Shown: positions 31,278 through 40,436, counted from the stretch's first letter. The stretch is DNA of 45,055 bases from Cyanobacteriota bacterium (GCA_041181145.1 JBEGQE010000041.1:1-45055), one strand, 5' to 3'. Numbers and translations: made by a program. The notes: generated by a model from the sequence alone, not told the origin.

Positions 31278-31739
31278 TTGCGCGTGCGCCTCACCGCCGG
31301 CCGCTCTGGCCTCCTGCTGCTCCCCCTGGCCCTGTTGCTGGCCGCCGGTCCCGCCGTGGCGGCACCCGCCTCCGAGGCCGATATGGGCCTGTACACCCGC
31401 ATCGCGGCCCTGAACGTCTGCATCTCGCGGGCGGCCGGTGTTGAGTTCGACAAGGCCGTGGCGGTGGCCGGCGAAACGATTGCCCAGGTGATTCAGGGGC
31501 AGCACGGCGGCCAGATCGCCCAGGTGGGGCCCAAGGCGCTGAGCCTTGATGAGCTGCGCAAGGGCTCGATCAACTCGGCTGTGCTGGGTGCCGTGGAGAT
31601 CTGTCCGAAGGAGGTGCCGGCCGATGTGAAGCAGAAGGTGGATGAGGTGCTGAAGCAGACCTCGGCTCCTGCAACCAAGCCTGCTCCGGCGGCCAAGCCT
31701 GCACCGGCAACCAAGCCTGCACCGGCGGCCAAACCCTGA
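31278..31739 (+). CDS. Conserved exported hypothetical protein
   Basis: Signal peptide (LLLLPLALLLAAGPAVAA), Cys pair (NVC...EICP), repetitive C-terminal tail. Confidence 0.75.
   Translation: MRVRLTAGRSGLLLLPLALLLAAGPAVAAPASEADMGLYTRIAALNVCISRAAGVEFDKAVAVAGETIAQVIQGQHGGQIAQVGPKALSLDELRKGSINSAVLGAVEICPKEVPADVKQKVDEVLKQTSAPATKPAPAAKPAPATKPAPAAKP
31665..31736 (+). repeat. Four imperfect 18-bp tandem repeats encoding AP(AT/AA)KP
   Basis: gctcctgcaaccaagcct / gctccggcggccaagcct / gcaccggcaaccaagcct / gcaccggcggccaaaccc. Confidence 0.9.
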
Positions 31740-31782
31740 TCCCGGTCGCATCCGGTTGCACTCTGCGGAAGGGTTGGTCAGA

Positions 31783-31806
31783 ACAAGCCCGCCCAGGCGG
31801 GCTTGT
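31783..31806. repeat. Perfect inverted repeat, possible terminator or stabilising hairpin
   Basis: ACAAGCCCGCC-CA-GGCGGGCTTGT, with no strong U-tract. Confidence 0.7.
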
Positions 31807-31857
31807 CTGGTTCCAGGCCCCTGGTGCCAGGGGTACTCCTCCCACACCCTTCCTCCC

Positions 31858-32349
31858 ATGACATCCGCGCCTGTCCGCTGCGCCGGTTTCACGGCATCGC
31901 TGCTGCTGGCTGCCGGGGCCGTGATCGGTCCCTCGGTGGCCCAGGCCCAGCCTTGGTCGATCGGGGTGGCCCCCTACCAGCGCCAGCCCTGGGGGTACCA
32001 GCCCAGCCCCTACCGGCCCAATCCCTACCCGGTCAGTCCCTACGTCCAGCCGAGCCCCCATTCGCGGCTGCCCGTTGCCAGCCCGCTCGATCCCTGGGCC
32101 TATGGCGACCTGGTGAGCGACGGCGATCCCCTCGACGACCCGGGGCCCTCCGCCAGCCAGCTGCCCACGCCCGCCCAGCTGGCCCAGCGCTGCAACACCG
32201 GCCGCCTGGTGGGCGGACTGCTGGGCGGTGGGCTCGGGTATGGACTCTCCCGCCAGGATGGGCGTGCCTGGGCTGTGCCCCTCGGCGCCCTGCTCGGTTC
32301 CCAGATGGGCTGCAGTGCTGCCGTTGGAAACGGTCTCAGGCCCTGGTGA
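31858..32349 (+). CDS. Exported glycine-zipper protein
   Basis: Signal peptide, P/Y/Q-rich region, then C..GRLVGGLLGGGLG...AVPLGALLGSQMGC. ATG 31858. Confidence 0.8.
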   Translation: MTSAPVRCAGFTASLLLAAGAVIGPSVAQAQPWSIGVAPYQRQPWGYQPSPYRPNPYPVSPYVQPSPHSRLPVASPLDPWAYGDLVSDGDPLDDPGPSASQLPTPAQLAQRCNTGRLVGGLLGGGLGYGLSRQDGRAWAVPLGALLGSQMGCSAAVGNGLRPW

Positions 32350-32364
32350 ACTAGCCCCCGCTCC

Positions 32365-35181
32365 ATGGCCACCGTCCGCCTCGCCGATTACCGCCCGGCT
32401 CCGTTCCTGATTCCGGAGATCGCGCTGACGCTGCAGTTGTTCGCCGATCACAGCCTGGTGCAGGCGGATCTGAGCCTGGAGCCCAACCCCGCCGCCGCGT
32501 CCGCGGCCAGCAACGGCCAGGTGGAGCCGCTGGAGCTTCGGGCCGAGGCACTGGAGCTGCTCGATCTCCAGCTTGATGGCCAGGCCCTGCCGCCGGAGGC
32601 CTGGCGCCAGGAGCCAGGACGGCTGCTGCTGCTGGCGCCTCCCAATCGGCCGTTTCAGCTGCGCACCCGGGTTCGCCTGCAGCCGCACACCAACACCAGC
32701 CTGGAGGGGCTCTACGTGAGCGGCGGGCTGTTCACCACCCAGTGCGAGGCCGAGGGCTTCCGCCGCATCACCCCCCACCCCGACCGCCCCGATCTGCTCA
32801 GCCGCTACCGCGTGCGGATCGAGGCGGACCAGGCCACCTGTCCGGTGCTGCTCAGCAACGGCAACTGTGTGGAGAGCGGTGCGCTGCCAGCGGCGCCGAA
32901 CGGCGAGGGTGCGCAGCCCACGCCCCGCCATTTCGCCGTCTGGCACGATCCCTTCCCCAAACCCTCCTACCTGTTCGCCCTGGTGGCCGGTCGCCTGGAG
33001 GAGGTGCGCGACGTGTTCACCACCGCCAGCGGCCGCACGGTGGCCCTGCGCATCCATGTGGAGCCGGGGGATCGCCCCTTCACCGCCCACGCGATGGCCT
33101 CGCTGCAGCGCTCGATGCGCTGGGATGAGCAGCGCTATGGCCTGGAGTACGACCTCGACGAGTTCAACATCGTTGCCGTGCGCCACTTCAACATGGGCGC
33201 GATGGAGAACAAGAGCCTGAATATCTTCAACTCCAAGCTGGTGCTCGCCGATGCCGCCACCGCCACCGATGGCGAGCTGGAGCGGATCGAAAGTGTGATC
33301 GGCCACGAGTACTTCCACAACTGGACCGGCAACCGCATCACCTGCCGCGACTGGTTCCAGCTCTCCCTCAAGGAGGGCCTCACGGTGTTCCGCGATGCCT
33401 GTTTCACTGCGGACCTGCACTCGCCTGCCGTGAAGCGGATCGAGGATGTGTCGCTGCTGCGCAACACCCAGTTCCGGGAGGATGCAGGCCCCACGGCCCA
33501 TCCGATCCAGCCGGATCATTATCAGGCGATCGATAACTTCTACACCACCACGATCTACGAAAAGGGTGCTGAAGTGATTCGCGCCCTGCACACCCTCCTC
33601 GGCGAGGAGACGTTCATGCGCGGCATGGCGCTCTATGTGAGCCGTCATGACGGCACCGCCGCCACCTGTGCCGACTTCGTCCAGGCCATGCGCGAGGCCG
33701 CCGAGCAGGCCTGGGCCGCCGGCGCCGCCATTCCCCGCTTCGCCTTCGAGCAGTGGAGCCGCTGGTATCACCAGGCCGGCACGCCGCAGCTGGCGATTGA
33801 GCGCCACTGGGATGGGGAGGCCGGCAGCCTCAGCCTGACGATCCGCCAGAGCACCCCCGCCACCCCGGGCCAGCCGGAGAAGCGGCCCGTGGTGATCCCC
33901 CTGGCCCTGGGCCTGGTGGGCCAGGGCGGCGATGCCCTGCTGCCCCGGCTCGCGGGTGAGGGCAGTGATCAGGCCGAAGCTGCCTGCGCCCGTTTTGACC
34001 ACCACTGGGGTCAGCGGACCAGGCTGCTGGTGATCGATCAACCCGAGCACCGCCTGTGCTTCGACGGGCTGGAGCCCCACAGCCATCCGCCGGCCCTGTC
34101 GCTGCTGCGCGGCTTCTCGGCGCCGGTGCAGCTGGAGATCGCGCGACCGATCAGTGAGCTGCTGCATCTGCTGGCCTGCGACAGCGATCCCTTCGCCCGC
34201 TGGGATGCCGGCCAGACCCTGCTGCGCCGGGCTGTGCTGCAGCGTGCCGCCAGCGCCGGCGAGGCTTCGGGCACCGCCACTTCCACCGCCACTTCCACCG
34301 CCACTGCCACCGCCACCGCCGATGAGGAGCTGGAGGAGGGATTGGTGGCGGCCTTCGCCCGGATCCTGGCGGAACCGGGCCTCTGCGATGCCAACCGCAG
34401 CGCCCTGCTGGCCCTGCCGGGCCTCAGTGAGCTGGAGGATGCCGCCGTGGCGACGGCCGGGGTCTGCGATCCACCGGCCCTGTTCCAGGCCCTGCTCGAT
34501 CTTCAGGCCCGCTTCGGGACCGCCCTGGCCGACCCCCTTCAGGTGGTGCTGGAGCGCTGCCGCCCGCAGTGGCTGGAGCCCTGGCCGGCTGGTGTGGGCG
34601 ATCGCCAGCTCACGGCCACGGCCTGGGGCCTGCTCGTGGCCGCCGGTGATCTGGGCGCTCGGGCCGAGGCTGCCGCTGCCGTGCAGGGGCCCTCGATGAC
34701 CCTGGCCCGTGCCGGCCTGCGGGCCCTGCAGGCCCACGACACCCCCGAACGGCAGGCGGCCGCCGCCGCCTTCCATGACCGCTGGCGCGACCGGCCGGTG
34801 ATCCTCGATGCCTGGTTTGCCCTGGAGGCCTCCGCCCCCTTCGGCGATGGCATCGCCCGGGTGGAGGGGCTGATGGCCCATCCCCGTTTCGATCCGGCAG
34901 CCCCCAACACCCTGCGCGCGGTGCTGGGGGGCTTCGCCGGCTGCACGCCCCTGTTCCATGCCGCCGACGGCAGCGGCTACCGGTTCATGGCCGAGCGCAT
35001 TGCCGAGGTTGATCAGCGCAACCCGATCACCGCCTCGCGCATGGCCAAGCTGTTCAGTCGCTGGCAGAGCCTCACCCCCAGCCGCAGCGGCCTGATGCGT
35101 GGCGCCCTGGAGCAGCTGGCGGCCCGCGAGCTGTCCCCCAACAGCCGAGAGGTGGTGCAGCAGTGCCTGGGCCTGGCCTGA
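32365..35181 (+). CDS. pepN: Aminopeptidase N (M1 family)
   Basis: TQCEAEGFRRIT, GAMEN, HEYFH...KEG zinc motif, NFYT.TIYEKGAE. Confidence 0.97.
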   Translation: MATVRLADYRPAPFLIPEIALTLQLFADHSLVQADLSLEPNPAAASAASNGQVEPLELRAEALELLDLQLDGQALPPEAWRQEPGRLLLLAPPNRPFQLRTRVRLQPHTNTSLEGLYVSGGLFTTQCEAEGFRRITPHPDRPDLLSRYRVRIEADQATCPVLLSNGNCVESGALPAAPNGEGAQPTPRHFAVWHDPFPKPSYLFALVAGRLEEVRDVFTTASGRTVALRIHVEPGDRPFTAHAMASLQRSMRWDEQRYGLEYDLDEFNIVAVRHFNMGAMENKSLNIFNSKLVLADAATATDGELERIESVIGHEYFHNWTGNRITCRDWFQLSLKEGLTVFRDACFTADLHSPAVKRIEDVSLLRNTQFREDAGPTAHPIQPDHYQAIDNFYTTTIYEKGAEVIRALHTLLGEETFMRGMALYVSRHDGTAATCADFVQAMREAAEQAWAAGAAIPRFAFEQWSRWYHQAGTPQLAIERHWDGEAGSLSLTIRQSTPATPGQPEKRPVVIPLALGLVGQGGDALLPRLAGEGSDQAEAACARFDHHWGQRTRLLVIDQPEHRLCFDGLEPHSHPPALSLLRGFSAPVQLEIARPISELLHLLACDSDPFARWDAGQTLLRRAVLQRAASAGEASGTATSTATSTATATATADEELEEGLVAAFARILAEPGLCDANRSALLALPGLSELEDAAVATAGVCDPPALFQALLDLQARFGTALADPLQVVLERCRPQWLEPWPAGVGDRQLTATAWGLLVAAGDLGARAEAAAAVQGPSMTLARAGLRALQAHDTPERQAAAAAFHDRWRDRPVILDAWFALEASAPFGDGIARVEGLMAHPRFDPAAPNTLRAVLGGFAGCTPLFHAADGSGYRFMAERIAEVDQRNPITASRMAKLFSRWQSLTPSRSGLMRGALEQLAARELSPNSREVVQQCLGLA
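34273..34320 (+). repeat. Four 12-bp tandem repeats inside pepN
   Basis: accgccacttcc twice, then accgccactgcc and accgccaccgcc; encodes TATSTATSTATATATA. Confidence 0.9.
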
Positions 35182-35408
35182 GGCAGGCTCCCGCTGTTCC
35201 CGTTGAGTGCTGTTCTGATCTGCGCCCACTCCTGTCGACGATGTGAGCGCAGATCGGCACATTTGGGCCGCACGTTGGCCGGCTGGCGACGCTGTCGGCC
35301 GGCCGGCGATGTTTGCCACTGATCCGGGGCCTTGTGGGGGACCCTGATGTCTCTCCCGATGTCGGGATCTAGGTTGAGATCACATCATTCGGGCGGGAAT
35401 GAGCGGTG

Positions 35409-36554
35409 ATGGGTCATGCCGATGGTCGTCCTCGCCCTCCCCGCGCTCGCCGGCGGGAGCCATCCCCGTGGCTCCTTGAGCCTGGCGGAGAGGGCGGCTC
35501 CGCCAGCCTCGATTCCGTTGCGGAGATGGGGACGATCTGCACCGCTGGGCTGCCTGCCACGGAGCCTGCGCTGCCGTTACTCCTGGTTGATCCCCCTGGC
35601 CCGGAACAAGGCCGTCCGGAGTTGCCGTCGTTGCGGGCCGATGATGGGCCCTCTTGGGCGTCGGTGCTCCCGACTGCTGAGGAACCGGCCCCGGCCGCCG
35701 GTGCGCTGCGGGTGATCTCCTTCAATGTTCTTGCGCCCATTTGGGCGGCGTTGCACTTCTATCCGCCGGAGCTCGATCCGGCGTTGCTGCAGGCCGATGC
35801 CCGGCGGAGGGTCCTGATCGAGCGGTTGCAGGCTCTGGCCGCCGACACCGATGTGTTCTGCCTGCAGGAGGTTCAGGCATCTGAATTCGAGGCCTTCGCC
35901 CGTGCACTCGGATCTGATTTCGCGGGTGCCATGAGCAGCAACGACCCGGCGTACTGGGCCAATTGGGTGACGCCAGAGCTCGGTTGGCAGCCCAACGGCT
36001 GTGCGATTTTCTATCGCCGTTCGTCGTTTCTGTCTGATCCCACGGCAGAGCCCACGCTTCGCGACATCGCACTCAGTGAGGATGGCAACAGGGCGTTGAT
36101 TCTTGAGGGAACGCTGCGCGATGGATCTTCGACCCGGGTCCGTATCGCCTCCGTTCACCTCGATTCCGATCGTGGGGATCGGCGCCTGTTTGAAGCCAGC
36201 TCCCTTCTCAACCAGATGCCTGCGCTCGTTGGCTTGCGTGATCTGATCTGTGGTGACCTCAACGTGGATGCGATCACCGGCTGTCTGCGGGCACCGCTGG
36301 AGCGTGCCGGTTTCCGCGATGCCCTCGCCAGCCTCGGTAATCGTGAGAACACCCACCCGTGGGATACGACCTACAACGGCTCGGCGATGTGGGGTGTGAT
36401 TGATCACATCCTTTACCGCGGTCTGCAGCCGCTCCAAGGTGATGTGCTGGATGGCGGGGTCTGGAGCATCGACGATGAGACCGCTCGCATTGCGGAGACT
36501 CTGCGCAGCATCGGCTCCGATCACTTCCCCCTGACGGCCTGCCTGGGACTCTGA
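35409..36554 (+). CDS. Endonuclease/exonuclease/phosphatase (EEP) family protein
   Basis: RVISFNVLA, DVFCLQEV, HLDS, ICGDLN, IDHILY, GSDHFP. Start uncertain (35406, 35409 or 35526). Confidence 0.88.
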   Translation: MGHADGRPRPPRARRREPSPWLLEPGGEGGSASLDSVAEMGTICTAGLPATEPALPLLLVDPPGPEQGRPELPSLRADDGPSWASVLPTAEEPAPAAGALRVISFNVLAPIWAALHFYPPELDPALLQADARRRVLIERLQALAADTDVFCLQEVQASEFEAFARALGSDFAGAMSSNDPAYWANWVTPELGWQPNGCAIFYRRSSFLSDPTAEPTLRDIALSEDGNRALILEGTLRDGSSTRVRIASVHLDSDRGDRRLFEASSLLNQMPALVGLRDLICGDLNVDAITGCLRAPLERAGFRDALASLGNRENTHPWDTTYNGSAMWGVIDHILYRGLQPLQGDVLDGGVWSIDDETARIAETLRSIGSDHFPLTACLGL

Positions 36555-37663
36555 AGGCTGCTGTGCAGCTGCTGGAAGCCTCGGCGGCGGGCTTCGCCGC
36601 CCTCCGGGCCGGCGTGCAGGCCCCACAGGCCCTCCCAGTAGAAGTAGATGATGCCGTGGCCCCGCTGGGCGGCCAGGCGCACCTTGTCGGAGAGGGTCGG
36701 CATCGCTGTGGTGCGACCACCGAAGCCCGAGAGGATGCCGATCTCCACGGGGATACCCCAGCTGCTGGCCTTCACGAGGGCTGGCTGCTGCAGGTCGCGG
36801 GCAAAGCCCTGGAGCGAATAGGCGTAGTTCTGCACCACCAGCTCATCGATCAGGCTGCCGAGGGCCCAGATCTCCCAGTCCTGCAGCCAGTGGTTGTAGG
36901 CGAAGCGGAATGGGCCGGGGGAGAGGCTCACGTAGGCGCTGCCACTGCCGGCGCTCTTCAGCACGCGCCGCAGCTCGCGCAGCAGGCCCGTGAGCTGGTG
37001 GCGGCGCCAGGTCATCCAGGCGCGGTCGGTGTGGTCGTCCGGCGGTTCACGGCCGGTGCTCTCGCGGTAGAGGGAGCGGGTGTAGGGGTCGTAGCCGAGT
37101 TCCACCGGCCAGGCGAAGTGGTCGTCGAGCTGGATGCCATCAACCTTGCAGCGCTGCACGATCTCGCCGATCAGTCCCAGGAAGCGCTGGCGCACCCCCG
37201 GGTGGGCCGGGTTGAGGAACACCATCGGCCGGCCGTGCAGTTCCACGCTGCTGCTGCCATCACGCTTCTGCAGCACCCAGTCCGGGTTGTCGCGCACCAC
37301 CGCAGCGCCGGCCGGCTCCATCAGGCCGTATTCGAACCAGGGGATCACCTGCAGGCCACGGCGGTGGCCCTGCTCAGTCATCTGGCAGATCGGATCATGC
37401 TTGCTCCGCCCGCCCGCCTGGGCCTCGGCCAGGGCGGGTTCGATCGGGGCCCAGCGGCTGCGGTGGAAGGTGGTGCCGCGGCTCCACACGTTCGGATAGA
37501 GCGTGTTAAAGCCGGCGGCCGCCAGTTCGGCCACCGCCCGATCGATGCGCCTGGCGTCGTAGTAGAGCGGGCTAGGGCTGTTGGTGAGCCAGACCCCCAG
37601 ACGCCGTGGGGCAGAGCGGGCCTCCAGCGCCCAGACCGCCTGCAGCACCGTGGTCAGTCCCAC
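36521..37663 (-). CDS. Glycoside hydrolase family 10-like (DUF187/GHL10) protein
   Basis: GVWLTN, GFNTLYPNVW, IPWFEYG, LNPAHP, VDGIQLDDHF, LQDW, QNY. Confidence 0.88.
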   Translation of the reverse strand: MGLTTVLQAVWALEARSAPRRLGVWLTNSPSPLYYDARRIDRAVAELAAAGFNTLYPNVWSRGTTFHRSRWAPIEPALAEAQAGGRSKHDPICQMTEQGHRRGLQVIPWFEYGLMEPAGAAVVRDNPDWVLQKRDGSSSVELHGRPMVFLNPAHPGVRQRFLGLIGEIVQRCKVDGIQLDDHFAWPVELGYDPYTRSLYRESTGREPPDDHTDRAWMTWRRHQLTGLLRELRRVLKSAGSGSAYVSLSPGPFRFAYNHWLQDWEIWALGSLIDELVVQNYAYSLQGFARDLQQPALVKASSWGIPVEIGILSGFGGRTTAMPTLSDKVRLAAQRGHGIIYFYWEGLWGLHAGPEGGEARRRGFQQLHSSLQSPRQAVRGK

Positions 37664-37739
37664 GGTGAGCAGGGCCGGCAGGGCCCGTTTCAGCCTGGTG
37701 TGCCGGGGGAAGTTCAGCGGGGCCGTCTCCGGTGCGGGC

Positions 37740-38735
37740 TCAACGGAACATCGAGCTCACCGAGCTCTCCTCGTGGATGCGCCAGATGGCCTCCCCGAGC
37801 ATGTTCGCCACCGAGAGCACCTGCAGCTGCGGGAAGCGGCGCTCCTCGCTCAGCGGGATCGAATTGGTGACGATCACCTCCTCGAACAACCCCGGCGCCG
37901 ACAGCCGCTCCACCGCCGGTGGCGAGAACACAGCGTGGGTGGCGCAGGCCAGCACCCGGGTGGCGCCGCGCTCCCGCAGCAGCCGGGCCCCGGCGCAGAT
38001 CGTGCCGCCGGTGTCGATCATGTCGTCGATCAGGATCGCCGTCTTGCCGGCCACATCGCCGATCACCGTGAGGCTTTCGGCCACGTTGTGGCCGGAGCGC
38101 CGCTTGTCGATGATCGCCAGAGGGGCGTCCTTCATCTGCTTGGCGAAGGCGCGGGCCCGGGCCACGCCGCCCACGTCGGGCGACACCACCACCACATCGC
38201 CAAAATCACGGCCGGCCAGGTAATCCACCAGCACCGGCGAGCCGTAGATGTGATCGCAGGGGATGTCGAAGTAGCCCTGGATCTGGGCGGAGTGCAGGTC
38301 CATCGCCAGCACGCGATCCACGCCGCTCTTGGCCAGCAGGTTGGCCACCAGCTTGGCGGTAATCGATTCGCGGCCGGCCGTCTTGCGGTCGGCGCGGGCG
38401 TAGCCGTAGTAGGGGATCACGGCCGTGATCTGGCGGGCGGAGGCCCGCTTGCAGGCGTCCACCATGATCAGCAGCTCCATCAGGTGATCGTTCACCGGAG
38501 CGCAGGTGGGCTGGATCAGGAACACGTCGCAGCCGCGGATCGATTCCTGGATCTGGATGTAGAGCTCGCCGTCGGCGAAGCGTTTGATCACGCGGGGGCC
38601 GTCGGGCACCCCCAGATAGGCGCCGATCTCCCGGGAGAGCGCTGGGTTGGCCGTGCCGCTGAACAGCCGCAGGCGGCGGGTGTCGTGGCCGACGCTGGCC
38701 TGCTCCACCCGTTCTGCGGTCAGGAAACTGGTCAC
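37740..38735 (-). CDS. prs: Ribose-phosphate pyrophosphokinase
   Basis: FADGE, PYYGYARADRK, MDLHS, SPDVGG, IDDMIDTGGT. GTG 38735. Confidence 0.97.
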   Translation of the reverse strand: MTSFLTAERVEQASVGHDTRRLRLFSGTANPALSREIGAYLGVPDGPRVIKRFADGELYIQIQESIRGCDVFLIQPTCAPVNDHLMELLIMVDACKRASARQITAVIPYYGYARADRKTAGRESITAKLVANLLAKSGVDRVLAMDLHSAQIQGYFDIPCDHIYGSPVLVDYLAGRDFGDVVVVSPDVGGVARARAFAKQMKDAPLAIIDKRRSGHNVAESLTVIGDVAGKTAILIDDMIDTGGTICAGARLLRERGATRVLACATHAVFSPPAVERLSAPGLFEEVIVTNSIPLSEERRFPQLQVLSVANMLGEAIWRIHEESSVSSMFR

Positions 38736-38802
38736 GGCGGCCGCGGGCGTGATCGGTTGAGACCCGATCGTAGAAGCCGCCCGGTAAAGAGGCAGCGTGT
38801 CG

Positions 38803-39393
38803 ATGAACAGTCCTGAGCTCCGCTCCGCCGCCGGCCTGGTGCTGGTGGCCCCCGGCGGCTGCACCGACACGGGGAGCGGGGCTCGTCTGGCGGCTCTGCT
38901 GGGCCTGCAGCTGCTGATGCGGATCCCCGCTCCGGAGCAGGATCCCGCCGCGGTGCTGGATGCCCTGGCCCGCCAGGCGCCCGGCTGGCTGCTGCCCCTG
39001 CCGGTCGATCCCGGCCAGGAGCTGACGCAGGGGGGCTGCTGGGCCGAAACCCTCGCGGCCTGGCGTCAGCCGGCGCTGCTGCTGCTGCCGGAGCAGGCTC
39101 CCGCCGGTGCCCCCCGGGCCTATCACGCCCTGCTGCAGTGCGCCGGTGTGCCCCTGCTCGGCCTGGTTCAACTGGGGGGGGCCTGGGCTCCGGAGCTGCG
39201 CCGGCGCGATGGCTTGCCCTGGCTGGGCTGGCTGCCGGCCACGGCCGCTGCTGGGGTTGATCCCGCTCAGGCGGGGGACGATGCGGCCGTGGCCCTTCGG
39301 GCTGCCTGCCGCCTGCGTTGGCGGGAGATCAGCGCGGCCAGGCCTGTCGCACCGCCGCTTCATCCACCTGCCGCAGCGGCTCGCCCGGCTTGA
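38803..39393 (+). CDS. Hypothetical protein with remote resemblance to dethiobiotin synthetase (BioD)
   Basis: WAETLAAWRQPALLL...AGVPLLGLV recalls the BioD C-terminal half; no Walker A motif visible. Confidence 0.55.
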   Translation: MNSPELRSAAGLVLVAPGGCTDTGSGARLAALLGLQLLMRIPAPEQDPAAVLDALARQAPGWLLPLPVDPGQELTQGGCWAETLAAWRQPALLLLPEQAPAGAPRAYHALLQCAGVPLLGLVQLGGAWAPELRRRDGLPWLGWLPATAAAGVDPAQAGDDAAVALRAACRLRWREISAARPVAPPLHPPAAAARPA

Positions 39394-40303
39394 GCGCTGG
39401 CTTGAGGGCCAGGCTGTGGAACTGGATCGGCGCGCTCTGCTGCAGCACGGCCGCCAGCAGGCTCAGGGCCTCGCTCTGGGTGAGGTTGGTGTCCACCTGA
39501 TCCTGGAGCTGGCGCAGCAGATCCGGCAGCTGCTGCAGCTGCCGGTGCTGGCCCATCTGGCGCAGGGTGCTCTCGATCGCCATCTGCTGGCGCTCGCGCC
39601 GTCCCTCCTCGCCCCGCTCGGCATCGCGGAAGCGCAGCAGCTGCTCCACCTGGGCGCCATTGAGCTGCTGCAGGCCTCCCTCGAGGCTGATCCGGTACCT
39701 GAGGGTCTTGTCCTGGTAGCGCATGGTGCGGTCTGGGGAGAGTTCCAGCCGGCCCAGGTCGTCGACCAGCTGGCGCAGGGCGCCCCGCGGCAGCACGAGG
39801 TAGCGATCGGGCTGTCCCTGGGGGAGCTCCACTAGCTCGGCGGCGGCGCCGGCCACCAGGGCCGGGCCACCGCGGCGGTAGAGGCTGCCCAGGGCCACCG
39901 GCTTCCTGTCGCCGGGCAGCTGCACTGCCGCCTCCACCGGCAGGCTGAGCACCTGCAGCGGGCCCTTCGGATCGACCCGCACCAGCACCAGGGCATCACT
40001 GTTGGCCGCACCTAGCGGCGCGGCGCCGTTGCGGACCGCGCCGCGCCGGTCGGCGTCCGAGCCGATCAGCAGCACGCTGATCGGACGGCTCGGCAGCTCC
40101 GCCAGGGCGGCGGCGCTGGGCAGCCCCTCCTGTTGCACGGCCCGGTCGGCCTCCGGCCAGAGCAGACCCAGCAGCCCGAGGCCCGCCGCTACCCCCACGC
40201 CCGCCGCCAGCAAGCGGGTGGCGATCCGGCCCAGGCGCGCGCGGGAGCGTGGGCGGCTCAACGGCCGCTCAGGACGGTTCGCACTCTCCCGTCTGGGCGC
40301 CAT
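39329..40303 (-). CDS. LCP (LytR-CpsA-Psr) family protein
   Basis: N-terminal TM, VLLIGSD, NSDAL, MRYQD, G.QQLNG, LRFR, R.ERQQ, VDTNLT. ATG 40303. Confidence 0.85.
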   Translation of the reverse strand: MAPRRESANRPERPLSRPRSRARLGRIATRLLAAGVGVAAGLGLLGLLWPEADRAVQQEGLPSAAALAELPSRPISVLLIGSDADRRGAVRNGAAPLGAANSDALVLVRVDPKGPLQVLSLPVEAAVQLPGDRKPVALGSLYRRGGPALVAGAAAELVELPQGQPDRYLVLPRGALRQLVDDLGRLELSPDRTMRYQDKTLRYRISLEGGLQQLNGAQVEQLLRFRDAERGEEGRRERQQMAIESTLRQMGQHRQLQQLPDLLRQLQDQVDTNLTQSEALSLLAAVLQQSAPIQFHSLALKPALKPGEPLRQVDEAAVRQAWPR

Positions 40304-40436
40304 GGCCGAATGGGCTTCGCAAGGTGGGCCCACTCTGGCGCAGCTCTCTGGTTTGACCGGCTCCGGCGACGCGGAGGCCGATAGGTTGTTGCTCTTGACC
40401 ATCCGCTCCGCACGCTCCGGCCGGCCGGACCTCCCC

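Noticed and set aside
31570-35319. 1249-aa minus-strand ORF
   Set aside because: Antisense shadow of pepN and its neighbours; no recognisable motifs, and such ORFs are expected at this GC content and codon bias.
35416-35715. Alternative-frame ORF beginning MPMVVLALPALAGG, suggesting a frameshifted signal peptide for the EEP gene
   Set aside because: No basic n-region, a short h-region, and the EEP frame is already open through this stretch.
40002-40436. Extended N-termini in the track for bciB (likewise malQ, zwf, arsS, the aminotransferase and labA)
   Set aside because: Artefacts of longest-ORF calling that run into neighbouring genes.
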